Below, one piece after another: positions 48,101 to 60,790 of a stretch of DNA of 64,000 nucleotides (its first letter is position 1; each line of letters opens with the position of its first letter). A model generated the notes under the pieces. It searched no databases. It was not told where the DNA came from and was given only the letters and a program-made list of their open reading frames with translations. This stretch comes from Lama guanicoe. Its lineage: Eukaryota. The stretch lies in contig MU054400.1 of the NCBI GenBank assembly GCA_013239625.1, positions 4,775,802 to 4,839,801 of the forward strand, given 5' to 3'. A program made the position numbers and the translations under genes.

Positions 48101-50423
48101 ACATTTCAAGTGTGCACTGGAGTGTGTAACTACGGTAACCCCTAGTTCACCCCAGGCCTGGCTGGCCGAAGCCAGTGGCCTCCCAGAGGGCCTGGGCAAG
48201 GATGGACAAGCCATGTGGCCTCGTAGAGGCCCATGCTGCTTAATGTCCAGGTGGCCAGTCTGCTTCGAGGGGTGGGTAAAGTTTCTAGCCAGGCAGTCCC
48301 TGAAGTGACAAGATTCATCCACAGTTAATTCTAGGCCTGCCTGAGGCCAGGAAGAGCCGGGACGCTGTGTCTGCAGGCTCTGTAGCAGGCCCTCCTGCCC
48401 TGCCTGGTGCGGGGCAGGCTCACCCTGGGCAGAGGGAGTGCTGGCAGAGGCGGCAGCAAGCGGGGCTTGGACCCCGCCATCCTAGACCATGCAGTGCACC
48501 TGTCACTTCCCAGCCCTCACAAAACAGCATAAGGGGGTCCTCGGGAAAGCAGAGTGTGGCACAGATCTGGGGTGCCAGGAGGGCCACCTGGGGGACAGCC
48601 AGCTGGGGGAGGCAGGCTCTAGGGGGCCTCGTGTGCTGGAGGGGAATCGACGGAGAGGTAGACATCCGAGGAAAGGCAGCTCTGGGGTGTGGCCTCCAGA
48701 GAAGGAGGTCTGATCTGAAAACAGCAGCATTGTCACTTCACAGTAGCATGCCGAGTGGCCTGGTCCAGGCCAGAGCTCCGGACCCCCATGACCTCTACTA
48801 GAACAGTTAGACCAATCCTTTCCCCGTGGGGGATGCCCACATGGACACATTTACACCACTCAGGCAACAGAAAGGTTGTTTGTGCCTTTAGAAACCTGCT
48901 CCTTTTGCATTTTCCCCTCCTGAAAACACTGGAGGCTAAAGGCCACCAGCCAGGAGACGGGACAGGGAGGGGTGGGTGACCTGGGTGCAGCTGCTCATGG
49001 CACGTGGCTGCCGTGCACACACCCACTTTGTGGCCGGCTGAGTGCCACAGCTGTTGAATTGCAGTAGAAGGGAAACCCCCAGTGCCAGCGGAGGGGCCGG
49101 TGCCCAGGAAGAGCCCTGCAGGAGGCTGTTCCCTGCCCTCAGCAGAGAGGCGCCTTTGCAGGAAGTCTCTTCTGACCAGGGTGCAAAAGTGGCTCCTCCA
49201 TCAGGACTTGCCACTTTTTACCACTAGGGGTCAGTAGTTAGCAAAATTGGTTTCCTTCTGTGATGTCAGTTCCCTGTGAAATTGTTATTTTAATAATATT
49301 GTATACGAATTCTTCCCTTACCTTTCATTCTCCCAACAAAAACTGTCAGCGAGGTGCAGGAATGCCTGTCATTTACCGAATCTGGTCTGCTCTCCCTCGG
49401 CAAGCACCAGCCCACAGTGCCGCTGAGACAAAGCTTATTCCCAACCGTGGTTGTCCCAGACACAGGTTTCGGGGCATGGGGAAATAGACAAACCCAGTCT
49501 GACGAAGTCCCATGGCTTTTGTCAGACTTGGATGAACAATCTGCAAAGAAATACAGGTCGATCGTGTTGGCGTTGAAAATTGAGCCATTTTGTTTTCTTT
49601 GTTATGTATCTGTTTGCCAAGTGGTCTACTTTTATAACCAGGGAATGTATGTATGAATAGGTCTTCCCATCTTCATGCCCTTCCTCCTTCCCTGGTACCT
49701 GACCCTACCCTTGAGCTCCGCGTTTCTCCTCCTGCCCTGCACTCTGCCCCCACTGCCCCTTGGAGATTCCCTTTGTCTGAAATCTTTGCTCTTTAAACAA
49801 TAGTGACCTTTGTGTTTGGATCACCAATTTTAAAAGTTAGGTGGCCCATGTAAAATGATCATTTCTTTAGTACCTGGCAGTGTCTGTCGCTATTAAATGT
49901 GAACCAAAGGTTTTAACTGTGTAGTGTGATTCAGCGTACCAAGCCCCTCCCCAGAAGCACTTAACAGAGGCCCCGCCCCCGTCCACCCTGAGTCCTAGCC
50001 CTGGAGCAAAGAGGCCAGCTCTGCCTTCACAACGCTGTTGGGGGTCTTTTGGGAGAGCCAGGCAAGCCAACGAGCAGTCCGGACCCAGGATGCACAGGGC
50101 TGCTCCTGGCCCAGGGAACCCAAACCGCATTATTGAACTGATCCTCCCTCCCTCAAAGTTCTACTATTATTATTTATGTAATACTTTAAAAGTTGATTCT
50201 TTTTATTTACTAAAATACATAGGTTTGAAAATGAAATCGTTACTATCCTTATAATAAGTGGAAAACCAATACTGGTGCTGTAAATAACAATGAATACAAT
50301 GAACATCAAATAATGTGATCAAAGTCTAGCTCTATACAGTTACCTACCCCTTTTTATTAAAAGGGAAGATTAGCAACGATTGAAGAGATGCTAAAGACTT
50401 GATGCCACAAATTGAGACTTGTT

Positions 50424-50766
50424 AAAAAAGAAAAAGATACAAATGAACTTATTTACAAAACAGAAACAGACTCACATACATAGAAAATAAACTCATGGTT
50501 ACCAGGGATTAGGGGGAAAGGGGGTCGGGGGATAAATTGGGAGTTTGAGATTTGCAAATGTTAACCACTATATATAAAAATAGATTAAAAAAACAGATTT
50601 TTTCTATAGCACAGGGAACTATATTCAATATCTCGTAGTAACCTATACTGAAAAGGAATATGAAAACGAATATATGTATGCATACATATGATTGAAACAT
50701 TATGCTGTGCACCAGAAATTGACACAACATTGTAAACTGACTATACTTCAATTAAAAAGAAAAAAG
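50424..50766 (+). mobile_element. Young L1 3' end with A-tail
   Basis: gatacaaatgaacttatttacaaaacagaaacagactcac...tgtaaactgactatacttcaattaaaaag. Confidence 0.85.
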
Positions 50767-51315
50767 TCAAAGGAACATACAAGAGACAGTGAAGCATCCA
50801 GAGGCTAGAAATAGAGGGGAGCCGTTACCTCCCTGGGGGCTGAAAAGACAGGGGGAAGAAATCTTGATCCTGAGAAAACTGGAGCTCCAGGGGGAAGCAG
50901 CTCAGGCGAGTCCAGAGTCAAGAGACACAGCTGGTATCAGAAAAGCAGCAGGAAGTGAGGAGGGAAAAAACATCTCGGCCTTCCTCTTCTCCCAGCCTCT
51001 CCAGTGCCTCCCTTTGGTGGACCGTAACCAGAGGCAAATGGCAAGTAAGGCTGGGAGATGAGTCCGTGGGGTCAGCCTCTCGGGGCACAGCAGCGCGGGA
51101 AAGGATACGGGAGATGGAGCGAACAGAAGGAGTTACGCAGCGTCCCTGGGAAGCAGTGCTGCCCTGCACGCGCGAGGGGCGAGGGGCCCACGCACAGCCC
51201 GGCCTGAAGCGGGTGGGGCGGGGACGGAGCGGGTGCCGGAAAGGACAGGGCTGGGAGGGAGGGCAGCGGCGCGCCGCGCGGGCAGGGTCTGACCGGCTTG
51301 CTCTCTGGCCTGCAG

Positions 51316-51504
51316 TCTCCGTGAGCATCAACAACCTGTACCCGGGCTGCGAGAACGTGAGCGTCAGGAGCCGCAGCATGATGTTCGAGCCCGGCCTCAC
51401 CAAGGGGATGCTGGAGGTGTTCGGGGCCCCCGCCCACCACCCGCACTGCTCCGCCGATGACCAGTCCACCAAGGCCATTGACATCCAGAACGCCTATCTG
51501 AACG
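51316..51504 (+). CDS. DAPK1: DAPK1 exon 21, ROC domain (VSVSINNLYPGCEN...NAYLN)
   Basis: cctgcag| ... |gtacgg; 189 nt, phase 1-1. Confidence 0.97.
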
Positions 51505-51999
51505 GTACGGCCCACCCCACACGGGAAGGACTTCGAGTTTCCTTTTGCCTCGGTTTCCCCCGAGGGAGCCTTTGCCAGCAGGCATCCGTCATAGCCGCAC
51601 AGAAGAGGGGCCAGCGCAGGGTGATATTGGGAGTGACCCTGGACTGAAGCGTGGCTGGTTAATACCCCCAAAAAGTGAAACTAATCACCTTGGTGCCCAC
51701 CGGCACCTGGCAAAACACCAGGCATACAGTAGATGCTTAATAATCGACTACTAAGTAAATTAATACATCTTATAAAGTGGTGCAAAACTTCTACTTGGAT
51801 AGGAAGTCTCATAAAATACAGTCCCACTAGCAGTTTGATACACCCAAGTATGAAACCCAACTGCCACACCCCCGGAGCTCCCGGGCCCCCAGCTGAGCCC
51901 AAGACGCTGGAACCAGAAAGGGGAAATGGGGAGCATCTTCATGGCCCTTTTATACTCAACCCAGTGAAACACAGAATACTCACGGTGTTTTACCTAAAG

Positions 52000-52155
52000 C
52001 AGTGGTTCTTAAACTCCAGCGTACACCCAGATCCCTTGGAGGGCAGGTGAAAACACAGATGGCGGGTGGCCCTCGAGCCTCGATTCAACCTGTCTGGGGA
52101 GTTTCCTGGTGATGCTGCTACCGCCCGGCCAGGGACTGCACTTTGAGAGCCACTG
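52000..52155. mobile_element. MER5A-like MITE
   Basis: cagtggttcttaaact...gcactttgagagccactg terminal inverted repeats. Confidence 0.65.
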
Positions 52156-52745
52156 GCCCCAGTGAAACAGAATTAAAGTCCAAGTGCATTTTGCTCTCTT
52201 CAAAGCGGAGTGTTCTCCCAGCTCCCGGGGAGCAAAGCTGGCCCTGCAGCACAGGGAGAGGAGAAGTGAGTCCTCAGCATCCCTGCCCTCACCCCGCCTC
52301 CTCCCTGGCCTCATCCCGTCCCATGTCTGCCTGCCAGTGCTCCCCAGTGCTCCCCAGGCTCGGAAGGCCTATTTCCATGCTCCAGAACTATTCACACTAA
52401 GGTTTTAGCGGCCAGACTCAGAGGCGCATGCTCCCCAGAAGTGTCTGAGCTCTAAGAGGAAGCTCTAGGAAAGCCCTGTGGCTCTTCCAGTATGACTCCT
52501 GACTGCAGAATTTGTGGCACAGAATAAGCACCAAGGGGGAAAATTAGGGAAAGGGAGCCTGGAACCCTGTAGCAGAAGTGGTCCTGCGCAGCTCCCCAGA
52601 GGCCGGTACTGGGGGGTGGTCACCGACCTGGTGGGATGTGGCACAGTAGAGGTGTCCATGTGTCTGGACGGTCATTAGGAGGTTCTGGGTGCCTAAGAAC
52701 CTCACCCAGGGACAATTCTGGGAAAACCAGCCACGCCCACAGCTC

Positions 52746-52764
52746 ACACACACACACACACACA
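52746..52764 (+). repeat. (CA)n microsatellite
   Basis: Direct reading. Confidence 0.85.
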
Positions 52765-53098
52765 CTTCCTCCCCGGCCTGACCCTTCCGCCGCCTCCCCC
52801 AGCCTGAGTGGCCCCTTGGGCCCAGCTTCCTCACAGTTTTGCTCACATCCTCGTGTGCAGAACTGCCCATCAACTACTGCATCTCACACCTGTGCACACA
52901 GCCAGCTCCCGTCTGACCAACCTGAACAAGTTGCTCCCTCACCTGTAGAAGGTGAATTTAGTCACTGTTTAACCAAAATTCAGGTTACATTTCAGAGTTC
53001 ATATACCACTGTTTGGGGGGGGTGAAAAACAGTGTATGTAGACACATACACCTTCCCACGTATGCTTATAGGCATACACATGCATGTGTGGGTTGGGG

Positions 53099-53120
53099 GT
53101 GTGTGTGTGTGTGTGTGTGT
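53099..53120 (+). repeat. (GT)n microsatellite
   Basis: Direct reading. Confidence 0.85.
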
Positions 53121-53168
53121 CCCACCCCAGGGTAGATGTGATAGAGATATAATAATAAAAGTGTTAAA

Positions 53169-53318
53169 GGGGGGAGGGGATAGCTCAGTGGTAGAGTGCG
53201 TGCTTAGCATGCACGAGGTCCTGGGTTCAGTCCCCAGTACCTCTGTTAAATAAAAAAATTACAATAATAAATATACCTAATTACCTCCCACCCCCTCAAA
53301 CAACAAAACAAAACAAAG
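53169..53318 (+). mobile_element. tRNA-derived SINE
   Basis: ggggaggggatagctcagtggtagagtgcgtgcttagcatgcacgaggtcctgggttcagtccccagtacc, followed by a tail with cctaattacc. Confidence 0.9.
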
Positions 53319-53568
53319 AAATGATGAAGGTATTAAGGAAAATGGATAAGCAGATGTGGATATAAAAGGCGTAGGTACAGAAGCACAGGCATAAACAGAA
53401 ATACGGAGTATCCCATATGGAGGTCTGTACTTAAGAAGATGCCTGAGCAAGCAGACGAATGCTGTGGGTGTCACTGGCCCCACTGGTAATCCCGAAAGGG
53501 CTGAGAGGCGTTGTGATAGAAATTTGGTGGTGGTGCTGCACGACAGCCGTCTTTCTTTTTCTCTGCAG

Positions 53569-53766
53569 GAGTTGGCGACTTCAGCGTGTGGGAGTTCTCT
53601 GGAAATCCTGTGTATTTCTGCTGTTACGACTATTTTGCCGCCAGTGATCCCACGTCCATCCATGTCATTGTTTTCAGTCTAGAAGAGCCCTACGAGATCC
53701 AGCTGAATCAAGTGATTTTCTGGCTCAGTTTCCTGAAGTCTCTTGTCCCGGTTGAGGAACCCATAG
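53569..53766 (+). CDS. DAPK1: DAPK1 exon 22, ROC domain (GVGDFSVWEFSGNP...VEEPI)
   Basis: ctctgcag| ... |gtaaga; 198 nt. Confidence 0.97.
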
Positions 53767-54833
53767 GTAAGATGCGTTCACTCACCCGAGATGCCCCTGC
53801 GGGAGGGGGTGTCCTTCCTGCCGGCTGGTGCCCCAGGTCGTGCCAGGGTCCTGCAGCTTCTGGCTGACGGCTGAGGCCACCCTGATTCCTCCTTCCAACC
53901 GGAAGATCTCCACTCTGGAATTTCCTAAGGCTCAGCTGTTTGTTTTGTTCTGCAGGGAGTTGCTTCACGATTTCTGCCACAGAGACTCATTTCTGAGTAC
54001 TTCCTTGAGAGCCATTTCTCACTTTATTTTTACATTTTAGAGCTGTGGTCATTTTTGTTCAGTGCACAGCGGTGTGCCTCCTCTGACAGCTACTGTGCCT
54101 TCACCAAATGGTGCACAATTAATAAACAGAATGGGCCTTCTTTCTGTAGTTCCATCCAAAATCAGAGAAAAGGAACCATATTGACGGAATGAACGCATTA
54201 CCTTCGCTTTATTCCTAGAGGAAAACACAGCGTGGACAAACTGATTTTGTTCTTTTCACACACAAAAAAAGAAGCAGCCTTCCCTGGTGAAATACGAAAC
54301 TCAGCAGTTCAATTTTTTTTTTTTGAAAAGCATGTAATCATAAAACAAATTGGGCTAATTCCCCTCAGGTTACCTCCACTTTGCCTCTTCTTTCTTGTTC
54401 TTTTTCATGTTTTCATTTTAAACACTGCCATTACTGAGAGGCCGTCTGCCTGTGAGAACTGTAGGAGTTCCCCTTCCGAGCCATCTCTGTGCTGTGCTGC
54501 ATTCAGTGGGCCTGCTCTGGTCTTGTAAAGGACGTCCCCGTCCCCTGCCCCGAGTCAGAGGTTAGATCTCCTTTCACTGAGCAAACAAGGCCTATTTGGA
54601 GGAAGATCTGAGAAGCTGCCTCGTGCCCTGTGGTGGCGTCTGGTCCACTTCTGAGCAACCTTCCTGCTGACTCAGGAAATAGGCTGGTTCCAGGTTTGGC
54701 CACTCTTAGGCCTTCCAGAGGTCACTCCCAGCGCCAGGCAGGGGCCTGAGGCAGAGCATCCCACCTCGCCGGGGGAGGAGAGGCAGCCAGGAGGGAGGAC
54801 CCGCCTCTGAAACGGTTGGCTCTCTGCCCTCAG

Positions 54834-54972
54834 CCTTTGGCGGCAAGCTAAAGAACCCGCTGCGAGTTGTCCTGGTGGCCACCCACGCCGACATCATGAA
54901 CGTCCCCCGTCCAGCTGGAGGCGAGTTCGGATACGACAAAGACACCTCGTTGCTGAAAGAGATCAGGAACAG
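54834..54972 (+). CDS. DAPK1: DAPK1 exon 23 (AFGGKLKNPLRVVLVATHAD...KEIRNR)
   Basis: gccctcag| ... |gtaagc; 139 nt; G4-like THAD motif. Confidence 0.97.
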
Positions 54973-55039
54973 GTAAGCCGGCCGCTGCGCCTTCCGGGAT
55001 AACACAGCAAGTCACGTGACCCAGAGGAAGGACGTTTTA

Positions 55040-55220
55040 ATATATTTTATTGAAGTGTAGTCAGTTTACAATGTTGTGTCAATTTCTGGCGTACAGCACA
55101 ATACTTCAGTCATACATGAATATACATATATTCATTTTCATGTTCTTTTTAACCATAAGTTACTACAAGATATTGAATACAGTTCCCTGTGCTGTACAGT
55201 ATGAACTTGTTGTTTATCAA
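55040..55220 (-). mobile_element. L1 3' end fragment, same family as 50424-50766
   Basis: ttttattgaagtgtagtcagtttacaatgttgtgtcaatttctgg matches the reverse complement of the 50.7-kb copy. Confidence 0.85.
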
Positions 55221-55802
55221 GTATTTTTTGGAAAACTTTTGATCGCTTATAAATATGAATGTGTACAGAATCACAATGTAAAAAGTACATATTTTTACTT
55301 AGTGGAAGTTTGAATTCGCAGCTACGTTTAATATGCTAGTAATTTGAATTCTTGGTTTGTCAACTGAAGACACTCATCTGTTATCTTCCTGGTAGGAAAA
55401 GCAAAGCTTCTGCCAATGCTTTACATCTAAGATGTTACTTTCATACCCATCCCTGTGTTCTTACTCCATCAACTTGAATGAACGTCTCTTCTCCTGACAT
55501 GTAAAGTGAGTGCATGAGGCCTCACCTTTCCTGCGTCGTCGGGGGACCTGAAGCCTGTCCTCGCTGGGTTCTCAGCTTTTTGTGGAGTCCAGGGCGTCTG
55601 TCTGCACAACTAAAGCAGGCAGGGTCCCCAGGCCTCCACACCTGGGCGACATTATAGAGTCCAACAAACAGCAGGTGGGAGGTGGGGCATCAGAGCTTCC
55701 TTGCGACGCGGGACCAGACTTTTGGCCCAGCAGGAGCCTGGCTCCTGTGAGAACACCTGGTAAGACTGCGTTACTCTGATGAGGGTACTGATCTTCCCTT
55801 AG

Positions 55803-55923
55803 GTTTGGGAACGATCTTCACATTTCAAACAAGCTGTTTGTTCTGGATGCTGGGGCTTCTGGGTCGAAGGACATGAAGGTGCTTCGAAATCACCTGCAGG
55901 AAATACGGAGTCAGATTGTTTCG
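55803..55923 (+). CDS. DAPK1: DAPK1 exon 24 (FGNDLHISNKLFVLDAG...RSQIVS)
   Basis: cccttag| ... |gtgagt; 121 nt. Confidence 0.97.
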
Positions 55924-56194
55924 GTGAGTACACCTGGACAGGGCTGGACCCGACCTCTGCCTGGACCCTCCAGGGACCCGGGAGTGGCTTCTTTGTGTGA
56001 TCCTTTTGGTTTGGTTTGGATTTCATGGGACCTAGTATGAGATGTCTGCATGGCCATTTTTTATCCTGTTGCTCTGGGATGAGGAAGGAAGGGTAGAGAA
56101 ACAAAGAAGGGACCTCAAGACGAAGGGTTGTTTTGGGCAAGGTGGGCCACCTTAGAGTGAGTGTATGAAGTAATGACAGTTTGGGTGGGTTTTT

Positions 56195-56290
56195 AAATTT
56201 ATTATAATTTTTTAGTGCAGGTACTGGGGATTGAGTCCAGGACGTGTGCATGCTAAGCACGTGCCCTACCACTGAGCTCTACCCTCCCCC
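56195..56290 (-). mobile_element. tRNA-derived SINE
   Basis: ggtactggggattgagtccagg...ctgagctctaccctccccc. Confidence 0.85.
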
Positions 56291-58346
56291 TGGTGGTTTG
56301 TGTCTTAAACAAATTGCTTCTTAGAAATTACAAAAGCCAATTCAAAAGTGAGTTATTGTGAAATATTTGGGAAATGCAGAAAAGTGGAAAAACAGTCACC
56401 AACAAAATTCCTTCATGAGTGTGAAATTGTAGATGACCAAATGGGGTGAGGCGGTGTTCTTGGATAGCCAGATCTTACTAAGTGGTTCACTTTCTCAAGT
56501 TATATAAATTTAATACAGTTCCAGCGTCTAAATGGGATTGAGAAAACTGGGGTTTTGTCTGAAAAGTTCAATAGAAGAGTAAATGAGACATTATAAAAGC
56601 TCTGTAATCAATAAGTAAGTGGAATAGATTAGTGAGTGTAGAAGTGAATCAGAACATCTAAAGAAATTTAATGGAAAACAGATGTTATTTAAATTTAATG
56701 GGAAAAGTGTTTATTTGACAAATGACCTGGTACAACTGGCTCTTTGCCTAGAAGGAAATAAGGTTAAATTCTACTCACTGCGAAGCCCAAAAATAAACTG
56801 TCGGCAGATTAAAGCTTTTAAATATTAAAAACAAACAAACAAACAAACACCCCACAATGTCTGGAATGGAAATGGAAGAGAATTTATTTTTAAAATAACT
56901 TTAGAGTGCTTCAGGAAACCTTTTAAACCAAGATAGAAAACCCAGGAGTTTTCAAAGAAATGCACCTATTTGACTACATAAAAGTTAAAGGTTTTTCTGG
57001 AAAATAAATTCCATGAACAAAGTTAAAAGGTGGGATAGACCAGGAAAAAATGCTTCCAATGTCTCTGACATATAAAAGGTTACTCTCCATAATATTTTAA
57101 AACTCTCTCAAATTGGTACGAAAAGGGCAAAGGTCCCAATGAAAAAATGCTAAAATAAAATGTTCCGGGGACTGTACCTGCTCCCAGACCCGAGCGTAGG
57201 GTCTCGCCCTGCCTCCCCTGGCGGATGCCGACGTTAGTGATACTTGGCTGTTTGCCGGATGGAAATGCCATGCGCACAATCCCAGGCTCCAGCTCCAAGT
57301 GGGCTTTGGGAGTTTCTAGGACCACTCTCCTCTCTCATGAAGCCTGGTCCTCGTTTTTTTTTCTGAAGGGGGCGGCGCCGTGGCACAGTCAGTGGGCAGG
57401 GACTAAGCCTGCTCGGCCTCGGAGAACCTGCTCACAGAAACCAGTGGGTGGCGATCACGAGCTGTGGTTTGCGAAGGACTCCGCGCCTGCGCACCAGGCG
57501 GGATGAGGGCCGGTAGGGGGATCCCGCAGCCCCACCCCGTCCTGGGCTGTAGGGAGTCCCTGAATCCTTGAAGTGTTGAACCGGGGCGTGGCATGATGTC
57601 TGCTTCACTCGCCCCCCCCCCACCCCGACCCCTCGAACTTCTGAGATCAGGCAAGTGGAATCACCAAATAGCCTTTATCCCCTGAACTGGAAGTGGAATT
57701 TAGGGGGCATAAAAGATATTCGAGAAGGGACTGCCTGATTAGTGATGCAGTGCAATGTGTGGCTGGTGGAGTTTTTAATTAGCAAAGTGTGTTGATAATA
57801 TGAGTCTGTAACATAGACCGATTTATTTAACCAAGTTCAGAGATTAAAAACCCAATTACCAAGAATTAGTCAAATTTGAAATATTTCAACAACGACCCCC
57901 ATGAATACCTAATTTACTGGTTAAAAAAAAACCCATCTAATATTGATAATGATACTCACTTTTCCTGTCTCTCTGTTCATAAAGTGGCCATCACCTGGCT
58001 GAAACACTCACTCCAAGAGTGGGAGAAAAAACGTTAGGAGTCGGTGGACATCAGTTGATTGGATCCACAATTCCAAAACCGTTACTGTGACGCCACGCCA
58101 CGCCACGTCATCTGTTTAACATGAGCAATAGAAATGAAAGCCTCTGTACAATTTCATATTTGATAAATACATCCTGCTTAGAGGCAGCACTGAAAAAAGA
58201 ACTGCCCCAGTACTCAACCAAAAAAACCACTAGCTCATCCAGAGGACTTCCCACAACACTGCGGATATGGGCGACATCATTTTTATCCCAGCTCCTCCTG
58301 AGTCCCTGCAACTGCCCGTTGACCTGTCCCTTCCTGCATGTTCTAG

Positions 58347-58535
58347 GTCTGCCCTCCCATGACTCACCTGTGTGAGAAAATCATCTCCACGCTGCCTTCC
58401 TGGAGGAAGCTCAACGGGCCCAACCAGCTGATGTCATTGCAGCAGTTTGTGTACGATGTGCAGGACCAACTGAACCCCCTGGCCAGCGAGGCGGACCTCC
58501 GGCACATCGCGCAGCAGCTCCACAGCGTGGGCGAG
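58347..58535 (+). CDS. DAPK1: DAPK1 exon 25, COR domain (VCPPMTHLCEKII...LHSVGE)
   Basis: gttctag| ... |gtgagg; 189 nt. The final COR/death-domain exon is not in the window. Confidence 0.97.
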
Positions 58536-60159
58536 GTGAGGGCTCGAGCCCTGGCGGGGGTCTGGGAGGGGCCCCCCGGGATGCACTTCTGCTCCCAGTC
58601 CCAGTGTCTGCAGCTGGGCTGAGCTGGGAGGCAGAGTGGGAACTGCCCACTGCCCATGATGTCTGCAGACATGTGACTGTCACACAGAGCCTCGGGTGAT
58701 TTTCTGAACTGCAGTTCTTTGCCCTCCTGTTCACCTTAAGAGCTGTGGTTTTGTTTTGCTTTGGGTTGTTTGTTTGTTTGTTTTCCGGCTTCTCTTAGTT
58801 CTGGAGCACGTTCTTGCTACTCTGGGTGGCTGGGCCGCTCCTCTGTCTCCCTGGGGCACTTGGTGCTTAGCTGTCATTCCTGTGGCTTCAGGATGTCTGC
58901 TCTCCAGGGGGTGTTATCAGCTCCATACAGACCTCTCGGGTTCATGGACGATCGAGAAATGACAGTGACACGTCCTCAGGGAGATGACAGCTAGAGACAC
59001 AAAGACAGCAAACAGTGTGCCCCAGAAATGGCCAAGAAATAGGAATCTTTGTTCCTAGTGGTGTTACGGTCAGCACTGGGGTGCAGGTTAGGAAGCCTGT
59101 TCTAATTGCATCACGCAGGGCCCATCCTTCTAGAAGGGGCGTAGCCTTCACCTTCCTCCATCGCGTGAAATCGGGGGACAGTGTAATCTAGTCTGGGCCA
59201 AGAAGAACAGTTCTGAAATTTAAAAACCAGAAGCAGTTCTGAAGATTTTGAAAACCAGAAGCTTACCTTCCCAGTCTCAGGTGCCACGTCGGACCCTGTG
59301 GTCAGTTTATGTGGATCATATAATCTTGAAATTATCACTGAATCCAGAAGCCAGTGAGTAGGGCCTCAAGGAGTGATTGTGTCAGCTTTGAATTCCAGTG
59401 AAACTAAAGCTAATCTACTGGCGCCTTCAGCAGTCCTTTAAATGATTGAATCCAAGGATGGGGACAAGGGAAGGACCGAAGCTTGCATCGTAACATAGTG
59501 CTGGATATTTTTTAAAAAATAGCCATAGTAATAAACTCGCTCTTTTTAATACAGTATTCTCTTGCCTTCTGGCATTTGAACAGCAACTTTCTAGATCATA
59601 GCCATTAACCCACATTGTTGGCATCACATCCCTCCCTGTTCTTGACACTTCAGTAAGTAGATGAAGGCTTAAATGAAGGCAGAAAAAAAAAGAAGGGGTA
59701 TCTAAATCAGGTGGCCCCCACTCTGATCAGCTGCCAGCCCCTCCTCCAGTCCTGATTCCTTAGTATCCGATCCAGGGGCCTTACTCACATTCCCTCAGTT
59801 GTCCTTCTCGTGCCTTTTCTGGGCTCAGGATCCCACATCGCACCCACCAGCCGTCTCCTTAATCTCCTCCAATACCAGACAGTTTATCAGTCTGTCTTCC
59901 GTGATCCTGAGGAGGTAGTTGTGTCTAGGACTGAACAGTAGTCCCCCAAACGCCTGATGAAAAACTAAGTAGATACTGCTCTACCTTACAGACATTTTCA
60001 GTCTAAGGCTCAGTTTGGAACAGAATTGGATACAGAGGGCATCTCCAAGATTTAAACCAGACGATGGGGAGGAAAGTCCTTCTGGTGCAAGCAGGTCCAG
60101 AGCCTCAGCCTCCACATGAGAGTGGAGTCCACCTTTAAATCACCATGTTTTTGCAGAAC

Positions 60160-60790
60160 TGTTACTAAACAGAAATTTGTGTGCCCTACGCACAGTGAGG
60201 CCAAACTGAAACATCAGAGTTTAGAGCAGAGAGAGGTTTATTGCAGGGCCGAGCAAGGAGGACAGGCGGCTCATGCTCGAAAAACCCCAACTTCCCATGA
60301 TGTCCAGGAAAAAGGTGTTACAGACAAGTCTGGGCTGGGGCTGCAGCGTGTGTGACTTTCTTCTGATTGGTTGGTGGGCAGGTAACAGGGCGTGTCCCAG
60401 GAGTCCTGTGCTCAGCCTGAAGTTGCTGTCCTCCACCTGGATGGGGGCCTCAGTTCCTGCAGAAGAACTCAGAGATATTGTTATGTACACTCCTTGAGGA
60501 GGAACCAGGACCCTGCCCCAGGCTGTGCTATTTATTGTTCTTAGCCTTTTTTTTTTTAAATATTTTTATTGCAGTATAGTCAGTTTACAATGATGTGCCA
60601 AAGTTGCTGTTAGCTGTTCCTCACTTCTCTCTGCCTTCCCTCCCTTCCCTGATTAACAACTGTTTGAATCTGCCCTTTGGAACTCAGGGAAGGTCAAGGA
60701 AGCTAAATGAAGCCTATTTCTTACATACGAAATGGGAGACGTGGAAAGGACTTGTACCCGGGAGGTACCACGATGTCCTGCTCCGTTTCA
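60160..60790 (-). mobile_element. ERV1-class solo LTR with a nested ~55-bp L1 3' fragment
   Basis: TGTTAC...TTTCA termini; TSD GAAC at 60156-60159 and 60791-60794; AATAAA and CCAAT on the minus strand. A T-run plus L1 3' end lies at ~60547-60600. Confidence 0.85.

Noticed and set aside
50955-51647. 230-aa ORF as a separate gene
   Set aside because: It is DAPK1 exon 21 with open GC-rich intron flanks.
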